Shown: positions 32,345-44,535, counted from the first letter of the stretch. The stretch is DNA of 64,000 bases from an uncultured Thiothrix sp. (GCA_964498805.1 CAZCJE010000005.1:25176-89175); one strand, 5' to 3'. Translations and numbers: made by a program. The notes: generated by a model not told the origin, from the letters alone.

Positions 32345-33834
32345 GCCACTAACTCCTGTAATACTTGTACAGCTTGCACACGGTCATCAAAAGGCAGGGT
32401 ATGAGTCGCCAGAATCTGCACCGTTTCGTGACCTTTCCCGGCAATCAGTACCGTATCACCGGCCTGTGCCTGAGCAATGGCCAGACGAATGGCTTTGCGA
32501 CGATCATGTTCAAAAGTCACGTTCTGGCTGGAATGAAAACCCTGCATGATGTCCTCAAAAATCTGCTGTGGATGTTCAGAGCGCGGATTATCATCCGTTA
32601 CGATAACCACGTCAGCTTCTGATTCTGCCGTCTGTGCCATTAATGGCCGCTTACCCCTGTCACGGTCGCCGCCACAGCCAAACACGCAAATTAAGCGACC
32701 TTGGGTATGTACGCGCACCGCTTTCAACACTTGGGCAAGCGCACCGGGGGTATGAGCATAATCCACCACTATCAGCTTGCCGTCATCGCCGTTAGCCGTA
32801 ACGCGTTCCATACGGCCCGGTACTACCCAAACCTGTTGTAAGCGTTGCAAAGCATCCTGCAACTCCAAACCCTTAGCCAGTAACACACCTAAGGCTGCCA
32901 ATAGGTTATGCAAATTAAATTGGCCTAACACGGGGGCTTGTAACAACCCTTGGCCTTGAGACGTTAAAACCGTTGCGCGTATGCCGGTATGATCAAATAC
33001 CGCATCAGTTGCTACCAAAGTGCCAGCAGGATAATGGTCTGCATTACCCACACCATAACCCATGACTTGTACAGAACTTTCCTGTAAGTCTTGGGCAAGC
33101 TGCCGCCCAAACGCATCATCCAGATTCAAGACAACCGTCTTTAAACCTGGCCAGAAAAATAAACGCCGTTTAGCCGCTGCATACGCTTCAACCGTACCGT
33201 GGTAATCCAAATGATCACGAGTCAGATTAGTCAAAACTGCCACATCAAAACTCACCTCATTAACCCGTCCTTGATCTAGGGCGTGCGAGGATACCTCCAT
33301 CGCTACTGTCTGAAAATCTTGTGATTTTAATTCGTGCAATAAATGATGGACGCTCCACGCATCCGGTGTAGTATGGGTTGCTGGTTGCAATTGACCGGGC
33401 AAACCAATCCCTAACGTACCAATAACCGCCGCTTGATGATTATGCGCATTTAAGGCTTCAGCAATGAAATGAGTAACAGAGGTTTTGCCATCCGTTCCAG
33501 TCACTCCCACCATAAATAACCTATCAGCAGGAGCAGCATAAAAACGCTTGGCCAGTAAACCCAGTTTTTCACGCAAACCCGGCACCGGAATCATTGGCAC
33601 GGCTAATGATGGAATCTGTAGACTCGCTACAGGTTCAAACACAATCGCAACGGCCCCGGCTTGTACGGCAGCTTCAGCATAGGCCAAACCGTGTTGACGG
33701 GTACCCTGCAAAGCCACAAAAGCCATACCGGGTTGGACACGACGGTTATCCAGCGTCATACCGTTAACCGCAATAGCAGGGACATCCTCAACCATGCCTG
33801 CCAATAATAGGGGTAATAACCCTTGTTGTTTCAT
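32341..33834 (-). CDS. murE: UDP-MurNAc-dipeptide--diaminopimelate ligase
   Basis: VTGTDGKTS, MEVSSH, NLTRDHLDYH, DYAHTP, DNPR, GKGHE. Confidence 0.97.
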   Translation of the reverse strand: MKQQGLLPLLLAGMVEDVPAIAVNGMTLDNRRVQPGMAFVALQGTRQHGLAYAEAAVQAGAVAIVFEPVASLQIPSLAVPMIPVPGLREKLGLLAKRFYAAPADRLFMVGVTGTDGKTSVTHFIAEALNAHNHQAAVIGTLGIGLPGQLQPATHTTPDAWSVHHLLHELKSQDFQTVAMEVSSHALDQGRVNEVSFDVAVLTNLTRDHLDYHGTVEAYAAAKRRLFFWPGLKTVVLNLDDAFGRQLAQDLQESSVQVMGYGVGNADHYPAGTLVATDAVFDHTGIRATVLTSQGQGLLQAPVLGQFNLHNLLAALGVLLAKGLELQDALQRLQQVWVVPGRMERVTANGDDGKLIVVDYAHTPGALAQVLKAVRVHTQGRLICVFGCGGDRDRGKRPLMAQTAESEADVVIVTDDNPRSEHPQQIFEDIMQGFHSSQNVTFEHDRRKAIRLAIAQAQAGDTVLIAGKGHETVQILATHTLPFDDRVQAVQVLQELVA

Positions 33835-35702
33835 GTGGCTCCTCCGGGAGACGCATTCTCATTATTCTGTTGTTTTACCGCATCGACAGCTTTAGGTTCA
33901 GGTAGGTTATCCGGTGGCAAATCTAACAAACGCAGCGCTTCTGCCATCACTTTAGAAAAGACCGGAGCGGCTGCCCGTCCACCACTGTCATCAATTTTAG
34001 GCTCATCAATTTGCACCGCTACCACCAAACGTGGTTGGCTAGCCGGTGCTACCCCAATAAAACTGGTCAAGTAACGATCATTACGGTAGGCGTTATTAAT
34101 GAATTTATAAGCAGTACCGGTTTTACCTGCGACCCGATAGCCTTCAATCATGGCTTTTTCGCCAGTACCACCTTTTTGTACCACTGCCTCCATCATGCGT
34201 ACCACCGCGCGCGCATTTTCCGCAGCCATCACCTGTTGCCCTACCACTGGCCTATCCAACTTATAAATAGTCGCTGGCATGAGTGTGCCATTAGCCGCAA
34301 AGGCGCTATAAGCATGGGTTAATTGCAATAGGCTTGAGGAAAGACCGTAACCATACCCGTGGGAGGCGCGATCTACTTGACCCCATTCTGTGTAATTGGT
34401 CAGCTGTCCGGGAGTTTCAGCGGTAAAACCTGCATCCGGTACACGCCCAAAGCCCACCCGATTGAGGAACATCCATTGGTCACGCGCATCCATTAGCAAA
34501 GCCACCCGACTAGCGCCGACGTTACTGGATTTAGCTAATAAAGTAGGCAAACTGATAGAACCATAATCCTGCGGGTCTTTGACCATGTATTTGCCAAAAT
34601 TGATTTTGCCCGGTGAAGTATTGATTTCAATATCCGGACCAATCACCCGCGCTTCTAAAGCAGCCGCAATAGTCAGCGGTTTAAGGGTAGAACCCGGTTC
34701 TGATTTGTCGGTAACCGCGCGATTGCGATACACCGACGGGTCGAGTTCCTTGCGATTATTAGGATTGAAGGAAGGCACATTGGCCATAGCCAGAATTTCA
34801 CCCGTATGGGCATCCATGACCACTACAGAACCCGCTTTAGCATCCAGCTCATACACACGGGTTTTTAACTCTTTGTAAGCCAGATACTGGATACGTCGGT
34901 CAATACTGAGCTGAATATCCTGACCTTTTTGCATCTCTTCCAGATGCACCACATTTTCAACCAACTTACCATTTGCGTCACGCAACACGCGGGCTTTGCC
35001 ATTTTTGCCTGCCAGTAAATCATTGCGTGCCTTTTCAATACCCTCAATACCCACACCATCGATATTAGTCATGCCTACCACATGCCCAGCGGTTTCGGCT
35101 AAAGGGTAATAGCGACGGTATTCACGGGTAGAAGCCACACCGGGCAAATCCAGATTGAGGATTTCCTTAGCCGTTTCCAGCGATAATTGTCGACCTAGAT
35201 AAAAAAATTGCTTATCGCTGGCCTTTTGCAACTTTTCGGTTAGCTCGCCTTCTTTGTATTCCAGTTCTTTTTCAATATGGCGTAAACCTGCTTCTAAACG
35301 GGCAAGCTTATCAGCAGCAATTTCACGCTCACCGCGTGATTTAGCGGCCTCCTCTGATACCTTGGTTTCCGTGCCTTTAGGTTCAGCAACAATCTGTGCG
35401 GCCTGATGACGCAAATCTTCACGCGCTTTCAGTAGATCCTGTGGGTTACACCACAACGATTCCACCGGTGAACTAATAGCCATCGGATCACCATTGCGAT
35501 CCAAGATCATGCCCCGATAGGCTGGTACATTGACAACCCGCATCTGGCGCTTATCGGCACGCTGTTGTAACCATTCCTGCTGAAAAATTTCCAACCACAT
35601 GGCGCGTAATAGCAAAATGCCAATAACCACCAACAACGCCATCATCAGGAAAAGCCGTCGACCCTGAAAAACAGGCGATGATTTACGCTGCCGACGTTTC
35701 AC
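33831..35702 (-). CDS. ftsI: Penicillin-binding protein 3 (FtsI) with an insertion in the non-catalytic module
   Basis: RGMILDRNG, EPGSTLK (SxxK), KSSNVG (SxN), GKTGTA (KTG). Confidence 0.97.
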   Translation of the reverse strand: MKRRQRKSSPVFQGRRLFLMMALLVVIGILLLRAMWLEIFQQEWLQQRADKRQMRVVNVPAYRGMILDRNGDPMAISSPVESLWCNPQDLLKAREDLRHQAAQIVAEPKGTETKVSEEAAKSRGEREIAADKLARLEAGLRHIEKELEYKEGELTEKLQKASDKQFFYLGRQLSLETAKEILNLDLPGVASTREYRRYYPLAETAGHVVGMTNIDGVGIEGIEKARNDLLAGKNGKARVLRDANGKLVENVVHLEEMQKGQDIQLSIDRRIQYLAYKELKTRVYELDAKAGSVVVMDAHTGEILAMANVPSFNPNNRKELDPSVYRNRAVTDKSEPGSTLKPLTIAAALEARVIGPDIEINTSPGKINFGKYMVKDPQDYGSISLPTLLAKSSNVGASRVALLMDARDQWMFLNRVGFGRVPDAGFTAETPGQLTNYTEWGQVDRASHGYGYGLSSSLLQLTHAYSAFAANGTLMPATIYKLDRPVVGQQVMAAENARAVVRMMEAVVQKGGTGEKAMIEGYRVAGKTGTAYKFINNAYRNDRYLTSFIGVAPASQPRLVVAVQIDEPKIDDSGGRAAAPVFSKVMAEALRLLDLPPDNLPEPKAVDAVKQQNNENASPGGAT

Positions 35703-35971
35703 TCGCGAATTACCTTAATATTGTCAGCGGACGGTTTTTGCATTTTCAACTCCTGTTTGGCTTTCGTTTCCACCCATACCTGATTCAGGCGGGCACTTTG
35801 TTCAAGTTTTAAACGACTCCAGTCGGCGCTGCGCTCATCTCGTTCTTTTTCTAACTCTTGGATTTCAGCAAACAGCTGCCGAGCATAATGGCGGTTATTC
35901 ACAACCAATAAGGCCAGACCAATGACCAGTGTATACAAAGCCAGCAGCGACAATAACTGCAAGCGATTCAC
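35699..35971 (-). CDS. ftsL: Cell division protein FtsL
   Basis: TM plus coiled coil, WSRLKLEQS; position between rsmH and ftsI. Confidence 0.9.
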   Translation of the reverse strand: MNRLQLLSLLALYTLVIGLALLVVNNRHYARQLFAEIQELEKERDERSADWSRLKLEQSARLNQVWVETKAKQELKMQKPSADNIKVIRE

Positions 35972-36906
35972 GTCACACGCTCCGCGATACGCATAATGGC
36001 ACTGCGTGCGCGTACATTCACCGCTACCTCCTCTTCACTAGGCCTAATAGCCTTGCCGACCAAACGTATGGCAGGCTGCTGATCCGTAGGCATAATCGGT
36101 AAACCTTTAGGTAAGCGCGGTGGGGTAGAAACTTCGCGGAGGAAATGTTTGACTATCCGGTCTTCCAGCGAATGGAAACTGATCACGACTAAACGACCAC
36201 CCGGAGCCAGCAATTCCACTGCTTGCCGCAAACACGCTTCAACATCGTCCAGCTCTTGATTGACTTTGATGCGGATAGCTTGAAAACTGCGTGTTGCCGG
36301 ATGTTTACCCGGTTCACGTTTGCGGATAACAGAGCTAATTAGCTCAGCCAGTTGCAGAGTAGTGGTTAAAGGATTAAGCAGGCGGGTTTCGACAATTTTG
36401 CGGGCAATCTGCCTAGAAAAGCGTTCTTCACCAAAACGCCATAGCACATCCGCAATATCAGTTTCGCTAGCGTGAGACAACCATTGCGCAGCACTTTCGC
36501 CGCGTGAAGCGTCCATACGCATATCCAGTGGACCCTCGCGCATGAAACTGAAACCGCGTTCGGCATCATCTAGCTGTGGGGAAGAAACCCCTAGATCAAG
36601 CAATAAACCGTCGATTTTGCCAGCAATACCGGCTGCTTGCAGCGCCTGTGGAAACTCTCGACAGGAACCGTGCCAAGCAAATACTCGGGGGTCAGCCGCT
36701 TGCAGCTGACGAGCATGATGGATGGCTACGGTGTCCTTATCCATGACAACCAGCCGCCCATTCTGGTCCAATTGCTGTAAAATACATCTGGAATGACCGC
36801 CACGACCATAGGTTCCATCGATGTAAACCCCCGATGCTTTGATATCCAAAGCTGCTACTGCTTCATGCAGCAGTACTGTTTCGTGTTTCCACACACTGTC
36901 CGCCAT
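35968..36906 (-). CDS. rsmH: 16S rRNA m4C1402 methyltransferase
   Basis: HETVLL, DGTYGRGGHS, DLGVSSPQLD, PLDMRMD, SFHSLEDRIVK. Confidence 0.98.
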   Translation of the reverse strand: MADSVWKHETVLLHEAVAALDIKASGVYIDGTYGRGGHSRCILQQLDQNGRLVVMDKDTVAIHHARQLQAADPRVFAWHGSCREFPQALQAAGIAGKIDGLLLDLGVSSPQLDDAERGFSFMREGPLDMRMDASRGESAAQWLSHASETDIADVLWRFGEERFSRQIARKIVETRLLNPLTTTLQLAELISSVIRKREPGKHPATRSFQAIRIKVNQELDDVEACLRQAVELLAPGGRLVVISFHSLEDRIVKHFLREVSTPPRLPKGLPIMPTDQQPAIRLVGKAIRPSEEEVAVNVRARSAIMRIAERVT

Positions 36907-37361
36907 TACAGGGAAACCTGCGTTAAAATATCATTGGATGAGTTGGCTTCCTGTGCTTCCTGCAGCCACGCCTTGCACGCACTTTCCCACGTAGCGGTAT
37001 CCCACAGCTCAAACTTATTGCCTTGCCCTACTAACACGGCTTGTTTTTGCAAACCGGCATACTCGCGTAAAGGACTTGGAAGAAGAAATCTACCTTGCCG
37101 ATCCAGAGTCAGTTCTGATGCATAACCCAAAATAAGACGTTGTCTGTTACGTACAAGGCGATTCATAGTGGGTAATGATAATAAACTGATTTCGACGCTA
37201 TCCCACCCGTTCATGGGATAAATCAGCAAGCATTTATCAGTAGGATCAATTGTGAGAATAACTTGACTATTCGATAATTCATTTAGCACATCCCGATACT
37301 TAACTGGCATGGCCAACCGACTTTTGGAGTCTATCGAGAGATAAGAAACGCCTCGAAACAT
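36906..37361 (-). CDS. mraZ: Transcriptional regulator MraZ
   Basis: IDSKSRLAMP and LDRQGRFLLP (paired DxxxR motifs); first gene of the dcw cluster. Confidence 0.96.
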   Translation of the reverse strand: MFRGVSYLSIDSKSRLAMPVKYRDVLNELSNSQVILTIDPTDKCLLIYPMNGWDSVEISLLSLPTMNRLVRNRQRLILGYASELTLDRQGRFLLPSPLREYAGLQKQAVLVGQGNKFELWDTATWESACKAWLQEAQEANSSNDILTQVSL

Positions 37362-37391
37362 GTCTGTTTTTCCACATGCCTATGGGATAGT

Positions 37392-37419
37392 TACCATTTT
37401 CCCCTACTTTCCTCCACTT
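37392..37419 (-). promoter_or_regulatory. Probable MraZ operator (three TGGNN-type boxes at 10-bp spacing)
   Basis: Minus strand AAG-TGGAG-GAAAG-TAGGG-GAAAA-TGGTA, 30-60 nt upstream of mraZ; matches the known arrangement of MraZ direct repeats. Confidence 0.65.
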
Positions 37420-37625
37420 ATCAGAAAATATAGGCAGACAAACTCATACTGTCAATAAAATTAAGGAAATTTTACATTAAATACTCAATGATCTGCTTTA
37501 AACAAATAAAGAATAAAGTTGGTTAGTATTAAAAATACAGGGCTACAGGTTTCTATACAGGCTTTTTAATAATTTATTTAAAAGAATTTGCCTGTAATAT
37601 TTTTAAACAAATTCTATAAATAAAT

Positions 37626-37973
<348 letters not shown>

Positions 37974-37998
37974 GGGTGCGCACAATAACAGATTCTGT

Positions 37999-38184
37999 CT
38001 ATGGTTGCACGTTAGCACTTACAGTAGATTTTTGAGGCGCTTGCTGTGCCGCTATTGGCCAATACTGGTATAGCTGGCGTGGGAATAATTCTGGATAATG
38101 GTAGGCGGCATAGCCCAGAATAAGGGTAGCAACAGCAAAGGCCAGTAAAATATCGGTTACACGGTTTACTATCCAGTTGAACAT
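37999..38184 (-). CDS. Small single-pass membrane protein, hypothetical
   Basis: ATG with GAGG upstream, one TM segment (ILLAFAVATLILGYAAY), fills the gap between usp and rnpB. Confidence 0.55.
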   Translation of the reverse strand: MFNWIVNRVTDILLAFAVATLILGYAAYHYPELFPRQLYQYWPIAAQQAPQKSTVSANVQP

Positions 38185-38251
38185 GCCTATGCCTCGACGG
38201 ATTAAAATTATAAAGTATACATACTGATCCCTAGATTGACAGGAGACTTCA

Positions 38252-38701
38252 GTGATGAAACGTTATCAACATATTATGGCCTCGGTAGACTTTTCAGAGC
38301 TTGCCCCCTCCATCGTTGAGCATGCCAAAGAAATGGCTGCCATCTCCAATGCACGCTTGAGCTTATTACATGTGGTACAAGATGTGCCCCTAATGGGCGA
38401 ACCGTTTGGCGAACCGAGCGTATTAGTCATGAGCGAAGAAGTTGAACAACAAGCCATTGATAATGCCCGTCAGCAAATGCAACTGCTGGTGAAACGTCTT
38501 GAACTCCCCGATACAGTTCATCAGTGGATTGAACCCGGCTTTGCCACCGATACTATTTTAACCATGGCAGAAGCCAATCACGTTGACCTGATTATTGTCG
38601 GCCATAGTGGCAGAAAGGGATTCTTAGGCTTTTTAGGTTCCACCGCCAATGCAGTTGTTAAAGGGGCGAATTGCGATGTGCTTGTGGTGCGAGCGCATTA
38701 G
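38252..38701 (+). CDS. Universal stress protein (UspA family)
   Basis: YQHIMASVDFS, LLHVV, DLIIVGHSGR...GFLGSTANAVV...CDVLVVR; AGGAG RBS. Confidence 0.93.
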   Translation: MMKRYQHIMASVDFSELAPSIVEHAKEMAAISNARLSLLHVVQDVPLMGEPFGEPSVLVMSEEVEQQAIDNARQQMQLLVKRLELPDTVHQWIEPGFATDTILTMAEANHVDLIIVGHSGRKGFLGFLGSTANAVVKGANCDVLVVRAH

Positions 38702-38861
38702 CCTTTATTAAGCCACCTTTGGTTAAAATAGGTTTAACTTGCCTAGGGGTGCTATTTAGGTAGACAAGGGCCCACCAGATGCATGATGGGCTGAATAATT
38801 CTGGGCGAGTTTCACGGGTTATACCCGAGTGTGAGCGAATCTGTTACAGTGCGAGCTCTAA

Positions 38862-40867
<2,006 letters not shown>

Positions 40868-40879
40868 TCTGGTTTAATG

Positions 40880-40906
40880 ATGAGAGCTGTGAATAGCAGC
40901 TCTCAT
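40880..40906 (+). terminator. Hairpin downstream of thiC, probable terminator
   Basis: ATGAGAGCTG-N7-CAGCTCTCAT then TTAT. Confidence 0.6.
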
Positions 40907-41343
40907 TTATAAACTTTCAAGGTTTATAAATCCAGAGGAATTTAAGCCCAGACTTATTTCATTAAACTTACAAAAATATAAGAATATTAAGCCTAATAAT
41001 GCTCAAATTTATACACTAATTTAATTATTTTTTATTTAGCCTAAAATAAATATGCCCCTGGAACAGGGGAACCAGAGGCAAAAAACTGAACGACCTCTCA
41101 ACCAAGTCAACAAGATAAGGAGATTCAGTACAGTTAATATAATACTAATAAAGCCAAGTACCAATTATGTTTTTTTCTCTAAGGAATTTATAAAATTAAT
41201 TGCCAATAGAACTAACCTTCTATCTTGTCAAACCCACTCAATTTTCTACTCCCCGCCCCCTAGCAAGAAACCAATCTAACCTAATAAAAGCCTATGATCT
41301 TGTAGGCTGTGGTTAAGAAGAACTTTTACTCATTACGAAACAT

Positions 41344-41368
41344 AAAAAAAGGCCCAACAAAGAGCCCT
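41344..41368 (-). terminator. Probable terminator downstream of the DegP-like gene
   Basis: Minus strand GGGCTC-TTTGTT-GGGCCT-TTTTTT with G-U pairs. Confidence 0.5.
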
Positions 41369-41395
41369 AAGTGAATGAGATTAAGGATAGAGAAA

Positions 41396-42529
41396 CTATT
41401 TTAGCAAATCGAGCGTTACTTCTAATTCCAATTCTTCTTTGCCATCGCGTAATAATTTAATACGTACTTTGCTACCTAACGAATAATTATCCAGCACTTC
41501 GGTTAAATCACTAATAGTTTTGATGGGTTTATCATCAATTGCCTGAACAATATCCCCTAGTACAAGCTCATCATTATCCGTCAATTGGGTGCCACGAATC
41601 CCTGCACGCGCTGCTGGACTATCCGGAGCGACATTCAGCACCAATACACCGGTAGTATCCAACTTATCGGTAATTTTCTGGCTAACCCCGTCATTCATCG
41701 TAATACCCAACGCCGGACGGGTATAACGACCCTCTTTGATCAAACGCGGCACTACCCGATTAACCGTATCCACCGGAATGGCAAAACCAATCCCTGCAGA
41801 AGCACCAGAAGGGCTATAAATCGCCACATTTACCCCAATCAAGCGCCCAGCACTATCCAATAAAGGGCCACCGGAGTTACCGGGGTTAATAGCCGCATCG
41901 GTTTGAATCAGGCCATTCATACTGCTATTAGAACCGCCATCTTCATCTTCCAAGCTACGTCCTAGGGCAGAAATAATCCCTGAGGTCAGGGTATGATCCA
42001 AACCAAATGGATTGCCAATCGCAAATACCTTCTGCCCTACTTGCAAATTATTGCTAGCACCCACCTGTACCGGCGGCAAAGCATCCTTAGCATCTTTTAA
42101 TTTCAAAACCGCCAGATCATGCTCAGGGCTTGTCCCGACGACTACCGCATCCAACACGCGTTGATCAGACAAACGTACTTTGGCCGTTTTATGCCCCTCT
42201 ACCACGTGATTATTGGTAACAATATAACCCGTTTTATCCCAAACAAAACCACTGCCTGTACCGCTAGGCACTTCGCGGACATCCCGTGTCCAAACATTTA
42301 ATACCCGTTCGACAGTGGTGATATACACCACGGAAGGACTGTTCTGCTCAAACACGTTAATGGTATTTTGTTCATCAGCAGCCAAATCGCCCCTTGCCTG
42401 CACCATACGAGGTTGGACAGCAGCACTTGGGGGTAAAAACCATGGAGTCCATACCGGTTGAGCTACCCACACTAATAAAATGCCCAGCAATAGCCATAAG
42501 AATAGGTTTATATTTCGGTTGCCAGTCAT
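41396..42529 (-). CDS. HtrA/DegP-family trypsin-like serine protease with one PDZ domain
   Basis: N-terminal TM, VTNNHVV, HDLAVL, QTDAAINPGNSGGPL, C-terminal PDZ. Confidence 0.93.
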   Translation of the reverse strand: MTGNRNINLFLWLLLGILLVWVAQPVWTPWFLPPSAAVQPRMVQARGDLAADEQNTINVFEQNSPSVVYITTVERVLNVWTRDVREVPSGTGSGFVWDKTGYIVTNNHVVEGHKTAKVRLSDQRVLDAVVVGTSPEHDLAVLKLKDAKDALPPVQVGASNNLQVGQKVFAIGNPFGLDHTLTSGIISALGRSLEDEDGGSNSSMNGLIQTDAAINPGNSGGPLLDSAGRLIGVNVAIYSPSGASAGIGFAIPVDTVNRVVPRLIKEGRYTRPALGITMNDGVSQKITDKLDTTGVLVLNVAPDSPAARAGIRGTQLTDNDELVLGDIVQAIDDKPIKTISDLTEVLDNYSLGSKVRIKLLRDGKEELELEVTLDLLK

Positions 42530-42532
42530 GCC

Positions 42533-43486
42533 TTACTCCGCCAAATCCAAGGTAAACAGGGTTAGCTTAGTATTGAGAAAACTACTGTTTCCATCATCAC
42601 TAACCATTAAATACTGGTTGCCTTTAATATGGGTGAGGCCTTCATAGTTATCAATAAACAAATAGCTGGATGATACATACAAATCTTGCGCCTGACAGAC
42701 ACCAGCAGGGGCACATTGCTGGAAATCCACATAACGCAAAGCCAATACAAACGGATTCATGAGGCCCGACCAAGACCGTTCAATCATGAGCATATTGCCA
42801 TTGGGCAAAGCTTCTAGCGCACTAATCCCACTATTAACAGCCGGGTAAGCTAAAAATGACCAACGCTGACCTTTGGTGGAATATAGGGTGTGTACATTAA
42901 GGGGATAGTTTTTCAGGGATCTTTCCGGAGCCGTAACAAAGCCATAACGTGGATGATAGGTTACGGATTCCAGAGAAGTATTACCACTGCGATAGGCATG
43001 CTGATTCTGTAATTCTTTGGGTAACTGAATATTCATAAGGGCATGGCCTTGTGGCGTGAAACGAATCAAGCGTGGCACCCCCTCAAAAGCAATAACCAGT
43101 TGGGTATCACCATGTTTGCCATTAGTTGCATTCAATACCGTTAAACCCTCAGAATCACGCCGAGTCTTTTTAATCGGCTCTCCCGCCATATCGGTTAACA
43201 TAGCCGCGTAGACCGGTTCGACCGTTTCCAGATGATTACCATCCAGTATCAAACGAAAATGAAACAGATGACCTTTATCGGTGATGGCATACAACAGGTT
43301 TTCATCAGCATCCCAAGCCAGTCCCGATAATTCATGCAAGGGAATACCATTCACTGTTTGCGGAGCAAGAATCAACGAACTGCAAATTGCAAGACGCGGC
43401 CCGTGCTCTTGCGCCCCCGCTAAGGACGGCAAAAAGCACAGAACCGCGCTCAATAGGGTTGTCATGACAACCCGCGTCATACGCAA
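42533..43486 (-). CDS. Exported esterase-like/phytase-like beta-propeller protein
   Basis: Signal peptide, ELSGLAW, YAITDKG, DSEGL, NTSLESVT, DNYEGLT, LMVSDDG. Confidence 0.75.
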   Translation of the reverse strand: MRMTRVVMTTLLSAVLCFLPSLAGAQEHGPRLAICSSLILAPQTVNGIPLHELSGLAWDADENLLYAITDKGHLFHFRLILDGNHLETVEPVYAAMLTDMAGEPIKKTRRDSEGLTVLNATNGKHGDTQLVIAFEGVPRLIRFTPQGHALMNIQLPKELQNQHAYRSGNTSLESVTYHPRYGFVTAPERSLKNYPLNVHTLYSTKGQRWSFLAYPAVNSGISALEALPNGNMLMIERSWSGLMNPFVLALRYVDFQQCAPAGVCQAQDLYVSSSYLFIDNYEGLTHIKGNQYLMVSDDGNSSFLNTKLTLFTLDLAE

Positions 43487-43500
43487 ACAACCCGCATGAC

Positions 43501-44304
43501 TTACTTCAAAGCATTGGCGGAAGATGGCTGAGTTTCAGCTTCTGCCTCTTTACGCTCATCGTCATAAATCTGGTGCAGATGCACGGTTTCGGCATTATTT
43601 GTCTTTTTGCGCATACGCAGATTGAGCATTTCCACACCAAACGAGAATGCCATCGCAAAGTACAAATACCCTTTAGGAATTTCTTCACCCATGCCTTCAG
43701 CTACCAGTGCACCACCTACCATCACCAAGAAAGCCAGTGCTAGCATTTTCACAGTAGGGTGTTCTTCCACAAAATCACCAATAGGCTTAGCAGCAAACAT
43801 CATGACACTAATAGCAATCACAATCGCAGCAATCATAACCAGTACATGATCCGCCAGCCCTACCGCCGTAATCACGGAATCCAGAGAAAAAACAATGTCA
43901 ATGACAGCAATTTGTGCAATCACCAAGGGTAATGACTGGGCAATATGGGCAGGGCCATGAGTCTCATCACCACCTTCTAAACTGCCATGAATTTCCATAA
44001 CCGCTTTATAAATTAGGAATAAACCACCACCGAGCAGTACTAAATCACGTCCGGAAACATCATGTCCGGCGATACTGAACCAAGGCTCAACCAAACGTGC
44101 TAGCCAAGCGACTGACACCAACAGGAGAATACGGGTACCCATAGCCGCCAATAAACCAAAGCGACGTGCAAACTCTTGTTTTTCTTTAGGGACTTTACCT
44201 ACCAACAGCGTCAAAAATATAATATTGTCTATGCCCAAAACAATCTCGAGTACCGTCAAGGTCACTAACGAACTCCAGATATTAATATCCCACAACCATT
44301 CCAT
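43501..44304 (-). CDS. TerC family integral membrane protein
   Basis: LEIVLGIDNIIF, DIVFSLDSVITAVG, IPKGYLYFAMAFS. Start MEWLWD at 44304. Confidence 0.93.
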   Translation of the reverse strand: MEWLWDINIWSSLVTLTVLEIVLGIDNIIFLTLLVGKVPKEKQEFARRFGLLAAMGTRILLLVSVAWLARLVEPWFSIAGHDVSGRDLVLLGGGLFLIYKAVMEIHGSLEGGDETHGPAHIAQSLPLVIAQIAVIDIVFSLDSVITAVGLADHVLVMIAAIVIAISVMMFAAKPIGDFVEEHPTVKMLALAFLVMVGGALVAEGMGEEIPKGYLYFAMAFSFGVEMLNLRMRKKTNNAETVHLHQIYDDERKEAEAETQPSSANALK

Positions 44305-44535
44305 ACACTTTCTTCTACTCGTTAACAAATGGACGCAAGTCTAATACAACTCATCAATTTTGCTCTAGTAAACCCTGATAATTCCTGTGAAGCCTTGACA
44401 ACCTCTTGATCTGCCCAACACCACCGTTAATACCTCAAATAAATACAATTACACAATAAAGGCCGGAATTTCTTCCTATAATCATTTTTGGCACAGGCCT
44501 AAATACAAATCACAGTTTAATAAAGGAGTTCAATT

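Noticed and set aside
41052-41279. 75-aa plus-strand ORF in the AT-rich spacer
   Set aside because: No RBS, no motif, and composition typical of non-coding AT-rich DNA.
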